Of a stretch of DNA of 47,958 bases, positions 1-8,868 are shown one piece after another. The stretch is taken from contig JBAWDM010000074.1 in the NCBI GenBank assembly GCA_049590735.1, positions 1 through 47,958 on the forward strand. Reading direction: 5' to 3'. The position numbers and the translations under genes were made by a program. The stretch comes from Asticcacaulis sp. Lineage in GTDB: Bacteria > Pseudomonadota > Alphaproteobacteria > Caulobacterales > Caulobacteraceae. Each line of letters starts with the position of its first letter. Position 1 is the stretch's first letter. The notes beneath the pieces were generated by a model that saw nothing but the letters and a program-made list of their open reading frames with translations, was not told the DNA's origin and made no database searches.

Positions 1-1
1 C

Positions 2-547
2 CTTCAGGTAGACGGCGCCATCAAGCGGTCGGTCGAAATCAATTCCTTGTCGAAAACCTATGCCATGGCCGGTTGGCGCGTGGGCATGGTCGTCGGCAAT
101 GAGGAGATTTGCGCAGCTCTGGCCCGCGTTAAATCCTATCTTGATTACGGCAATTTCACCCCCGTTCAGGTGGCCGCCGCCGCTGCCCTCAATGGCCCGC
201 AGGATAATGTCGATGAGATCCGCGCTACCTATAAGTCGCGCCGCGATGTGCTGATTGACTCCATGAAGCGCGCCGGCTGGGATATTCCGCCGCCACCGGC
301 ATCTATGTTCGCCTGGGCCAAGATCCCGCCGAAGTTCGAGCACATGGGCTCGATGGAATTTGCCAAAATGCTGATCGAAGAAGCGCATGTCGCCGTAGCC
401 CCCGGTTTAGGCTTTGGTGAGTATGGCGAAGGCTATGTGCGTCTGGGTCTGGTCGAGAACGAAAACCGCATTCGTCAGGCGGCGCGTAATGTCAAAAAGC
501 TCCTGCTGCCAAATGATAAAACCGTTCGCATCGAAGAAGACGTCTGA
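2..547 (+). CDS. alaC: PLP-dependent class I/II aminotransferase, AlaC/YfdZ-like (often annotated LL-DAP aminotransferase); 5'-truncated by the window edge
   Basis: Frame is open from position 2. Contains the PLP-lysine motif SLSKTYAMAGWRVG, plus ARVKSYLDYG, PGLGFGEYGEGYVR and ENENRIRQA, as in AlaC. Confidence 0.8.
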   Translation, partial: LQVDGAIKRSVEINSLSKTYAMAGWRVGMVVGNEEICAALARVKSYLDYGNFTPVQVAAAAALNGPQDNVDEIRATYKSRRDVLIDSMKRAGWDIPPPPASMFAWAKIPPKFEHMGSMEFAKMLIEEAHVAVAPGLGFGEYGEGYVRLGLVENENRIRQAARNVKKLLLPNDKTVRIEEDV

Positions 548-572
548 GGCGCTTTGACATCCTGCAACAACT

Positions 573-612
573 TGTAACCGAACTGTCTGATTTATATGGC
601 ATTTCGGTTACA
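573..612. repeat. Inverted repeat TGTAACCGAA-N20-TTCGGTTACA (hairpin or operator)
   Basis: Perfect 10-bp arms at 573-582 and 603-612, extendable with one bulge. No U-tract follows. Confidence 0.55.
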
Positions 613-793
613 GTTGCCTATCAATCCATTTAACACTTTCGTAATCACTTTGACTCTTGCGACAAGATAGGGTTCATTAGTTATTGTGCAGTGCAACCAC
701 TTGCTGGAATCTTATTTTCGACGACCGGTTTCCATATGGTTCGCCCTGACAGCAAAGCATATCGATACAAGAGATAAAACAAGAGGTGTCGTG

Positions 794-1021
794 ATGGTCA
801 GTTTAGAGTTCGATCTGAATACAGAGTTTGAATCTGACGCATTTTTTGGCGCTTTTTTTAAGTTTGTCGAAGCCGCTTCGATTGCCGACACAGATGCTAT
901 CTCCGTACATTCCGATCCAACGGGCGACCATCAAACCAAGGTTGTGACGTTTCAGGACGCGCAACAGGCGGATGATTTTAAATCCTATTGGACACAGCGC
1001 CGCAAATGGCTTGGCCTCTAG
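794..1021 (+). CDS. Small hypothetical protein (~75 aa)
   Basis: ORF-track frame 686..1021. AGAGG Shine-Dalgarno at 782-786 precedes GTG791/ATG794. Protein-like composition and fills the intergenic gap. Confidence 0.65.
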   Translation: MVSLEFDLNTEFESDAFFGAFFKFVEAASIADTDAISVHSDPTGDHQTKVVTFQDAQQADDFKSYWTQRRKWLGL

Positions 1022-1068
1022 GGCGATAACCCTGTAGTCTTGACGCATCTGTAACGCGAATCCCTGAT

Positions 1069-2328
1069 ATGCTGCGCCTGAGACATCTTCCGCTCAAATA
1101 TCGCCTGCCACTTATTCATGGCGGCCTGAATGTGCTGGGGCGCATCAAAGCCTTAGGCTGGCAAAAGGCCAATCCAGAGGCCCCAAAGACCGGTGACTTT
1201 GTGGCATCGGGGTTTTTTCAGGAAACCACCGGCATAGCGCAAGGCGGCAGGCTCAGCCTGAAGGCCTTTGACTCAGCCGGTTACAAAATGCAAACCCATG
1301 ATCTGCGCCCCTGTTTCCGTCACATTTTATTCGGGGGCCTGTCCTTGCCCGGCCATGATGGCGTCTGGTATATTCATGCCAATGCGCCGGAGGTTTTGGT
1401 GGCCTTGATGGCGCACGACCCGAAATCCTGGGGCCATCGTTACCGCATTGCCTATTGGGCATGGGAGACTCCCAAGGCCCCGCGGGGCTGGCTGTTTGTG
1501 GCGGATTACCTGCATGAAATCTGGGTGCCCTCGCAATTTGTCCATGATGCTTTGGCGGCCATGTTTAATGATGCTCTGCGCGCCGATCTCATCCCCCGCC
1601 TGCGCGTCATGCCCCATCCTGTACCGATACCGCCAGCAGGGCGTGACACAGAGGCGCGCCATAGATTCGGTTTACGCGATGATGTCTGCGAGGTTTTGTG
1701 CCTGTTCGACACCAAGTCCTCCGCCGTGCGCAAGAATCCTTGGGGCGCGCTGGAGGCCTGGCAGGTAGTCTTTCCGACAAGCCAGGATCAGGCGCGCCTG
1801 ACACTCAAGGTCAGCGACCTGTCCGATGACAAGGCCACCGCACAAAGACTGCAAACCCTCCTCTATGGCCGCAGCGATATCCGTCTGATCAGCGAGCGTT
1901 TATCTGAACGTGACATGGAAGCCTTTGTCGGGGCGTTTGATGTGCTGATCTCGTTGCACCGTTCCGAAGGCTTTGGCCTGTCCCTCGCTGAGGCTATGGC
2001 CGCCGGTGTAGTGGTGATCGCAACCGGTTGGTCGGGCAATACTGACTTTATGACCCAAAAAAATGCCAGACTGATCGGTTCAAGTCTGGTAGCCATTCAC
2101 GACCCCGAAGGCGGTTATGGGGGGCTTTTGCGCGATCCGGCTCAGGTCTGGGCCGAACCGGATCCGGAAGCGGCATCGGCGGCTTTGCGCGATCTGACTG
2201 GTTCTGAGGCCTTACGCGCGCAGCTGAAGCCGGCCGCGCTGAAGGCTATACGTGCCTTGCATGTACCGTGGCAGCCTCCTGCTCTGAGCCAATTACCGTT
2301 CAATAATTGGCTTAAACATGACGCATGA
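1069..2328 (+). CDS. Glycosyltransferase, GT-B fold (family 4-like)
   Basis: YWAWE, EIWVPS, RKNP and SLHRSEGFGLSLAEAMAAG-VIATGWSGNTDF (E-x7-E motif). Confidence 0.9.
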   Translation: MLRLRHLPLKYRLPLIHGGLNVLGRIKALGWQKANPEAPKTGDFVASGFFQETTGIAQGGRLSLKAFDSAGYKMQTHDLRPCFRHILFGGLSLPGHDGVWYIHANAPEVLVALMAHDPKSWGHRYRIAYWAWETPKAPRGWLFVADYLHEIWVPSQFVHDALAAMFNDALRADLIPRLRVMPHPVPIPPAGRDTEARHRFGLRDDVCEVLCLFDTKSSAVRKNPWGALEAWQVVFPTSQDQARLTLKVSDLSDDKATAQRLQTLLYGRSDIRLISERLSERDMEAFVGAFDVLISLHRSEGFGLSLAEAMAAGVVVIATGWSGNTDFMTQKNARLIGSSLVAIHDPEGGYGGLLRDPAQVWAEPDPEAASAALRDLTGSEALRAQLKPAALKAIRALHVPWQPPALSQLPFNNWLKHDA

Positions 2329-2881
2329 GAAACCTGGCAGGATTATTGCCCGAAGAACGCCGGAATCGTCAGCCATGACAGCCAGTGTCCGGCGCGCCAT
2401 GCGGCTGACGGCCCGGCTTAATCGCCTGACCTATGACGATGCAGCTGAGGTGCGGGCCCTGTTCAGCGAACTGACCGGTCAGGCATTGGATGACGGCTTT
2501 TTCCTGATACCACCTTTTTATGCGACGGGCGGGGCCGATACGCGCATCGGGCGTCATGTCTTCATCAACCAGAACTGCACCTTCTATGATCTGGGTGGGA
2601 TAGATATTGGCGACGATGTGATGATCGGTCCGAATGTCAGCCTGATCACCTCTGGCCACCCGATTGCCCCCTCTGAGCGCCGCAACGGCGTCATCGCCAA
2701 ACCCATTGTCATCGGCAGGAATGTCTGGATCGCCGCCGGTGTCACGGTCATTGGCGGCGTGACTATAGGCGAAAATTCGGTTATCGCGGCGGGCTCAGTT
2801 GTCACCAAGGATGTACCTGCCAATACACTGGCAGGCGGCAATCCAGCGCGGGTCATTCGTGAGATTGGCAATTTAGACTGA
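2318..2881 (+). CDS. Sugar O-acetyltransferase (Maa/NodL-like, hexapeptide repeat)
   Basis: PPFY, IGRHVFINQNCTFYD, IGDDVMIGPNV, VTIGENSVIAAGSVVTKDVP, GGNPARVIR. Confidence 0.9.
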   Translation: MTHEKPGRIIARRTPESSAMTASVRRAMRLTARLNRLTYDDAAEVRALFSELTGQALDDGFFLIPPFYATGGADTRIGRHVFINQNCTFYDLGGIDIGDDVMIGPNVSLITSGHPIAPSERRNGVIAKPIVIGRNVWIAAGVTVIGGVTIGENSVIAAGSVVTKDVPANTLAGGNPARVIREIGNLD

Positions 2882-2918
2882 AACTCTGACGAATTCAGAC
2901 CATAAACTGGCAACACAT

Positions 2919-4810
2919 TTAGGCGGCACGGACTGACGTCAAAAATTCTTCGGCCATAGTCTTAAGAGAGCGCGTTTCATTCGTCAGGTGCTGTACCTCA
3001 TCAAGTGCATTCTGTGCTTGCTGGCCCGTATGACTGGCGGTTTCACTAACCTCTTCAACAGTTCCTCTAATCTCGCTGGTTGAATCGGCGACTTCGGCAG
3101 TAGATCGTGATATTTCTCCGACTGCTGCTGTTTGCTGGCTCACGGAATCAGAAATGGCCGTAGAAATATCTCTTAGCCCCATGACCATATCAGTAATAGC
3201 AATCATGGCTTCGGCCGCTTGATGTGTAGCGTCCTGAACGCCTTTGACCTGATGGCTGATTTCTTCCGTCACCCTGGCCGTTTGCTGCGCCAAAGCCTTA
3301 ACCTCAGTCGCTACGACATTAAAGCCACGCCCAGCCTCACCTGCACGCGCCGCCTCAATCGTGGCATTAAGTGCCAAAAGATTGGTTTGAGATGTGATCT
3401 GGGTAATCATCGCGATACTGGAGCCAATACTATTGGCCGCAAGGTTCATCTGCGCCACCTTCTCATTGGTCTCTTGTGCCTTGGCAGCCGCGGCTTCGGC
3501 GGCACCGGCAGCACGTTCAGCCTGATCAGCAATAGCATTGGATGAGGCTGCCATCTCTTCCGTAGCGCCGGCAACGGATTGTACATTACCACTGGCCGAT
3601 TCCATGGCAAAGGCGACATCACGGCTACGGTTGCGTGTTTGCTCGGCATGCGTACTTAACTGCGTGGCGGTATGACCCAGCGCCTGAGTCGATTGCCAAG
3701 ACTTTCTACTATATTCAATACAGACGACTCGAACCGATCGGCCATATCCAACATGGCTTGACGCCTTGAAGTAATGGCTTCTTCTTCCAAACGGTGCTGG
3801 TTGAGGCGCATGCCTTCAGTTTCAGCAAGATTGGTTTGAAAAGCACCCAGCGTTTCGACAATCACCCCTGTTTCATGTCGGTCTTGTTGATAAGGAATAT
3901 CCGAAACGGTCTCGCCCTTAATAAGCCGCTGCATCAGCCCAGATAAAACAGTCAACCGCCTAGACAGGCCTTTAGCAATTACAAAGGTCATGCCCAGCCC
4001 TAATAGTAAAACGAGAGCAGCTAAGCCCAGTTCGGTTAGCATCAGGGCGATATTCTTATCGACTCGTGCCTGCAACATGGCTTTCAGGTCGCGGTTGCTC
4101 GGTATGAAAAGATCGTCAGACGCCCTCAAAAACTGGTCGTAATTAGCATCGGAGCGCGCCTTACGAAAGCTGGTAGCGACATTCATCAACGCATCTAGCT
4201 TTACGCTTGTATCGCCGGACAAAGCCTTACGTGAGGTGTATGAGCCCGATTTGAGCAACGAGTCTTTGACGGCCGCCACCGCATTATCAAATGTAACTTC
4301 ATCTGTTTGATGGGCGACATCTGTATCTGCCGCCTCACGTGTATTATAGAGTGCGCGGCCGGCCATGATAAGTTGCGGCATTTTCACGGCAACGGTGTCC
4401 ATCATATAAAAGCTGTCGAGATCTGGATCCAGGATCAGATTTGATTTGTCAGTGATGTCCGCAATCAATCCGTTGGCGGCTTTCAAAAGTGGCTCACCGG
4501 ACATATCTATCAACTTCTCAGCCTTTGAAGGCTCGATCATATTTGTGTTGAGATTGGCCGATGCCGTCAGAACCTCAATCTGATCAGATGGCAGGCTCGA
4601 ACCGGTAGCGCCATTTGTCATGGCAGGCCAGACAGCATCGAGATATTGTGCGCCACGCATTTCAGTGCGGGCAAAATTCACCGTTTTCATGTGGGAAATA
4701 TAGAGCAAAAAACCGGTAAATAGGACTGGCAAGACCATCAAAAGACCCAGCAGTCGCATACGCCCCGAAATGCTAACTTTTGCGTTTATTGTATCCAGAA
4801 TGCGCAGCAT
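2919..4810 (-). pseudogene. Methyl-accepting chemotaxis protein, frameshifted near 3692-3697
   Basis: The N-terminal ORF (TM, sensor with NLILDPDLDSFY, TM, HAMP-like) and the C-terminal ORF ([31 protein letters not shown]) join in frame if one base is restored at GGC AA TCG. Confidence 0.85.
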
Positions 4811-4873
4811 ATAATACCAAGCCCTCAATTTAAATAACGCAGTTATAGTGAGTTAGCATAAGCGCAGCGTAAT

Positions 4874-4888
4874 TTAATAATGCGTTAA
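4874..4888. promoter_or_regulatory. CtrA-type box upstream of the MCP gene
   Basis: TTAA-taatgcg-TTAA, a perfect TTAA-N7-TTAA, in the AT-rich region 5' of a chemoreceptor gene. Confidence 0.65.
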
Positions 4889-5107
4889 AAAATAACGTAG
4901 TTATGAAAATATCAACATAAATTATAAGGTTATTTTCTTTTGAGAATTTACTTAAAACTGTGCACGCACGCCAACGCAACCTTCATACGATAAAAACGGA
5001 TGATAGATGGTGCGACAGCGTGGATGATACCCTGTCTTTGAATGACCCATGACCTATCTATATAGACTTGACTCTCGTATAGATTTCGGTCAAAGAACCC
5101 CCACATC

Positions 5108-5231
5108 CGCGCTGAGTTTGAGCGCTTCATCACGAAACCCTTTGTCGACACAGCCTTTTCCGCATGGAAATAACGAGGTCGAAAAGGCTCCCCGTCAGCG
5201 CGTTGCGCCCACGGGGGTTTTTTGTTTTTGT
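5108..5231 (+). promoter_or_regulatory. Structured ffh 5' leader (alphaproteobacterial ffh RNA motif-like)
   Basis: Stem AGCCTTTTC/GAAAAGGCT, then hairpin CCCCGT-cagcgcgttgcgccc-ACGGGG followed by a T-rich tract, directly upstream of ffh. Confidence 0.6.
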
Positions 5232-5275
5232 GGTCAGGCGCTGAAAACAGCACGGCAAGACAGGATAATGTGACC

Positions 5276-6868
5276 ATGTTCGACAGCTTAAACGACCGCC
5301 TTTCCGGTTTGTTTGACCGCCTTAGCGGACGCGGCGTTCTTTCGGAAAAGGACGTCGATGAGGCCCTGCGCGAAGTCCGCGTGGCCCTGCTTGAGGCCGA
5401 TGTCGCCCTGCCTGTGGTGCGCCAGTTCATGACGCATGCCCGGGAAATGGCCACGGGCGAAGCCGTCATTAAGGCTGTCCGCCCCGCCGATCAGGTGGTG
5501 AAAATCGTCTATGATGGCCTGATCGAGATGCTGGGTGGCGAAACGCCTGAGCCGATCAATCTGGCTGCCGTGCCGCCTGTTGTGATCCTGATGGCCGGTT
5601 TGCAGGGGTCGGGTAAGACGACCACCTCCGCCAAGCTGGCCTTGCGCCTGACCAAGTTTGACCGCAAGAAGGTCATGATGGCGTCGCTGGATACGCGTCG
5701 CCCTGCCGCCATGGAGCAGTTGAAGCTTCTGGGTGAGCAGATCGAGGTCGCTGTCCTGCCGATCGTGGCTGGCCAGGGCCCTGCCGATATTGCCCGCCGC
5801 GCTCTGCAATCGGCCAAGATTCAGGGCTTCGACGTTCTGATCCTCGATACGGCCGGCCGCACCACGCTCGACGAAGCGCTGATGAGCGAAGCCGCCGAAA
5901 TCGCCAAAATCTCTAAGCCGACCGAAACCTTTCTGGTGGCCGACAGTCTGACCGGGCAAGACGCCGTGCGCACGGCGGCGGCGTTTCATGAACGCCTGCC
6001 CCTGACCGGCCTGATCCTGACGCGCGCCGATGGCGATGGTCGCGGCGGTGCCATGTTGTCGATGCGTGCCACCACCGGCCTGCCGATCAAATATCTGGGG
6101 GCCGGTGAAAAGGTTGATGCGCTGGATGTGTTTGATGCCCGCCGTATTGCCGGCCGCATCTTAGGTCAGGGCGATGTCGTCGCTCTGGTCGAAAAGGCCT
6201 CGCAGGAACTGGATGTCGCCAAGGCTGAGGCCATGGCGAAGAAAATGGCCAAGGGGCAGTTTGATCTGAATGACCTGTCCGAGCAATTGCAGCAAATGAA
6301 GCGCATGGGTGGCATGAGCGGCATTATGGGCATGCTGCCCGGCGTACAAAAGGTCAAAAAGCAGATTGAGGAGTCGAACCTCAACGACAAGATGCTCGAC
6401 CGCCAGGTCGCCATCATCGCCTCGATGACCAAGACAGAGCGTAAGAAACCCGACCTGCTGAATGCCTCACGCAAACGCCGGATCGCTGCCGGTGCCGGCG
6501 TTGAGGTGTCCGAAATCAACCGCCTGCTCAAGCAACAACGCCAGATGGCCGACACCATGAAGATGATGGCCCGTTCCAATGGGCGCGGCCAGATGGGGCA
6601 GATGGCCAAGATGTTCGGCATGGGGGGCGGCGCACAACCTAATATGGCCGAAATGGCCAAGAAGATGGGCGCCAGCCAACAACAGGCAGGCCCCGGCGGA
6701 AATCCGCTCGCCGGCCTTAATCCGGCGCTGGATCTCGAAAAACTGAAATCTCTTGGCGGCGGGAAAATACCCGGCGCCACCCCCCCATCGGGCCTGCCCA
6801 ATCCTTTTGGACAAGGCGGCCTTCCGGGACTTCCCGGCGCAAAGCCATTCGACCCAACCAAGAAATAA
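5276..6868 (+). CDS. ffh: Signal recognition particle protein Ffh
   Basis: MFDSL start, ALLEADV, GLQGSGKTT, DTAGR, DGDGRGGA, Met-rich M domain with LNASRKRRIAAGAG, and a Gly/Pro-rich tail. Confidence 0.98.
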   Translation: MFDSLNDRLSGLFDRLSGRGVLSEKDVDEALREVRVALLEADVALPVVRQFMTHAREMATGEAVIKAVRPADQVVKIVYDGLIEMLGGETPEPINLAAVPPVVILMAGLQGSGKTTTSAKLALRLTKFDRKKVMMASLDTRRPAAMEQLKLLGEQIEVAVLPIVAGQGPADIARRALQSAKIQGFDVLILDTAGRTTLDEALMSEAAEIAKISKPTETFLVADSLTGQDAVRTAAAFHERLPLTGLILTRADGDGRGGAMLSMRATTGLPIKYLGAGEKVDALDVFDARRIAGRILGQGDVVALVEKASQELDVAKAEAMAKKMAKGQFDLNDLSEQLQQMKRMGGMSGIMGMLPGVQKVKKQIEESNLNDKMLDRQVAIIASMTKTERKKPDLLNASRKRRIAAGAGVEVSEINRLLKQQRQMADTMKMMARSNGRGQMGQMAKMFGMGGGAQPNMAEMAKKMGASQQQAGPGGNPLAGLNPALDLEKLKSLGGGKIPGATPPSGLPNPFGQGGLPGLPGAKPFDPTKK

Positions 6869-6887
6869 TTTTTAAAGGAATACCCTC

Positions 6888-7391
6888 ATGCTTAAGATTC
6901 GTTTGTCACGCGGTGGCTCCAAGAAGCGCCCCTACTACACTATCGTCATTGCCAATGTGACCGCCGCCCGCGACGGTAAGTTCATCGAAAAGGTCGGCAC
7001 CTATAACCCTATGCTGCCTAAGGACGCGCAACGCGTTACGCTCAAGGTTGAGCGCATTGCTGACTGGCTCAAGAAGGGTGCGCAGCCGACGGACCGCGTG
7101 GCACGCTTTCTGGCGCAGGAAGGCCTCGTAAAGTGGGAACACGGCAACAACCCGCAAAAGGCGGTTCCCGGCAAGAAGGCACAAGAGCGCGCGGCTGAAC
7201 GCGCCCAACGCGAAACCGACCGAATCGAAGCCGAAGCGGCTGCCAAGGCTGAAGCGGCAGAAGCCAAGGCTGCGGCTGCGGCCGCTGCCGAAGCCGAAGC
7301 CGCCAAGAACGCGCCTGTTGCCGAAGAAGCCCCTGCTGAAGACGCTCCGGCAGAAGACACCGTTACCGAAGAAACCGCCGCTTCGGAATAA
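6888..7391 (+). CDS. rpsP: 30S ribosomal protein S16 with Ala/Glu-rich C-terminal extension
   Basis: [39 protein letters not shown]. Confidence 0.98.
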   Translation: MLKIRLSRGGSKKRPYYTIVIANVTAARDGKFIEKVGTYNPMLPKDAQRVTLKVERIADWLKKGAQPTDRVARFLAQEGLVKWEHGNNPQKAVPGKKAQERAAERAQRETDRIEAEAAAKAEAAEAKAAAAAAAEAEAAKNAPVAEEAPAEDAPAEDTVTEETAASE

Positions 7392-7415
7392 GCTTCGTTT
7401 AAGCTTAAAGAATAT

Positions 7416-7449
7416 GAAGGGTCAGGATTTGCGTCCTGACCCTTTTTCT
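7416..7449 (+). terminator. Intrinsic terminator-like hairpin between rpsP and rimM
   Basis: AAGGGTCAGGA-tttgcg-TCCTGACCCTT followed by TTT. Confidence 0.75.
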
Positions 7450-7463
7450 ATATAGGGAGATTT

Positions 7464-7964
7464 ATGACCCAACCCGATCTGATCTTTGTGGCGCAGGTAA
7501 GTGCCGCCAATGGCCTGAATGGCGAATTCAAGCTGCTTAGCTTTATGGATGAGCCCTTTGCCGTGCTGGAATATAACCCGCTTCTCAATGAGAAGGGCGA
7601 ACCGGCACTTGTCATCACCAAGGCGCGCGAACACAAGGGCAATCTGATCGTCAAGGCCGAGGGCGTGGCAGATCGCACCGCCGCCGACAAGATCAAAGGG
7701 CTGAAACTCTATATAGACCGGGCCGACCTGCCTGAACCCGAAGACGACGAATATTATATCACCGATATGATCGGCATGAAGGTGTTTGACGTGGCAGGTG
7801 CTGAGGTCGGACGCGTCATGGCTGTCGAAAATTTTGGTGCCGGCGATCTTTTGGATATCCGCCCACTCAAAGGGCCAAACTTCTATCTGTTGTTCATCAC
7901 TGAAAACGTCCCCGAAGTGCACATGGCTGAGCGCAGACTTGTGGTCGATCTGAGCGGTATATAG
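7464..7964 (+). CDS. rimM: Ribosome maturation factor RimM
   Basis: Follows rpsP. GLNGEFK, DRTAADKIKG, LPEPEDDEYYITDMIG, NFGAGDLLDI. Confidence 0.95.
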   Translation: MTQPDLIFVAQVSAANGLNGEFKLLSFMDEPFAVLEYNPLLNEKGEPALVITKAREHKGNLIVKAEGVADRTAADKIKGLKLYIDRADLPEPEDDEYYITDMIGMKVFDVAGAEVGRVMAVENFGAGDLLDIRPLKGPNFYLLFITENVPEVHMAERRLVVDLSGI

Positions 7965-7967
7965 TTT

Positions 7968-8591
7968 ATGTCTGAAACGCCCCTAATCATCGCCTTTGAT
8001 GGCCCGGCCGCCTCTGGCAAGGGCACCCTCGCATCTGTGATCGCTGCCGATTATGGCCTTCCCTATCTCGATACGGGTCTTTTGTATCGTGCGGCTGGCT
8101 ATCTGGCTGACACGAAGGGCATTGAACCCACCAAAGCTGCCACCCTGATCACGCCGGACGTGCTGGCCAATGAGGCCCTGCGTGATCGAGCGGCCGGTGA
8201 GCGCGCCTCGCAGATTGCCGCCATACCCGACGTCCGCTTGGCGCTTTTGAAATATCAGGTCGATTTCGCGCATCAGGCCTCAGGTGCCGTGCTGGATGGC
8301 CGCGATATCGGCACGGTCATTGCGCCGGACGCCACCGTAAAGCTGTTTGTCACCGCCACCCCTGAAATTCGCGCCCATCGTCGTTGGCTGCAACTGGTCA
8401 AGCTTGATCCGGCACTTTCTGAGGCCGAAATTCTGGCCGACATCCGGCTTCGGGATGCGCGCGATTCGTCGCGATCCAGCGCGCCTTTGCAAATCGCACA
8501 AGATGCGCTCTTGCTAGATACGTCCGACTTAGGTATAGACGCAGCCATCGCGACTGCGCGATCCCTTGTGAAAAGCCGCTGTGGTGCCTAG
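7968..8591 (+). CDS. cmk: Cytidylate kinase
   Basis: IAFDGPAASGKGT, YLDTGLLYRA, VLDGRDIGTVIAPDA, RDARDSSR. Lies upstream of rpsA. Confidence 0.96.
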   Translation: MSETPLIIAFDGPAASGKGTLASVIAADYGLPYLDTGLLYRAAGYLADTKGIEPTKAATLITPDVLANEALRDRAAGERASQIAAIPDVRLALLKYQVDFAHQASGAVLDGRDIGTVIAPDATVKLFVTATPEIRAHRRWLQLVKLDPALSEAEILADIRLRDARDSSRSSAPLQIAQDALLLDTSDLGIDAAIATARSLVKSRCGA

Positions 8592-8868
8592 GCATCAAAT
8601 CCAACAGCCGCTTGATTAGAGGCAACACACCGGGACGCCATCGGGGCCGCTTAAGCTTCAAACCTATGTGCATGCGCATGTAAGCTTTTGAATCGTCTGC
8701 AGTTTGCCTGCACCGCACCCTATTGAAACCGGCACACGCTGTTTTTCAACGCTATACCAAAAAAACCAAAGCCGCACCCCGCGCATCTTCCCTTATGACG
8801 CCACGGCCTCGATGTCGTCATATGGATCAGAAGAACCGGACACGCGCCAACCCAAAAAATGAGACTTT

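Noticed and set aside
3680..3710. Programmed -1 ribosomal frameshift in the MCP gene
   Set aside because: No X XXY YYZ slippery heptamer at the junction. A simple 1-bp deletion explains it better.
4948..5469. ORFs 4948..5469(-) and 5049..5273(+) upstream of ffh
   Set aside because: They overlap the ffh start or its structured leader, have no convincing SD and show no protein-like motifs.
7225..7385. Repetitive GCCGAAG-rich tract as a repeat array or CRISPR
   Set aside because: It is the low-complexity Ala/Glu/Lys coding tail of S16, with no repeat-spacer periodicity and no cas genes.
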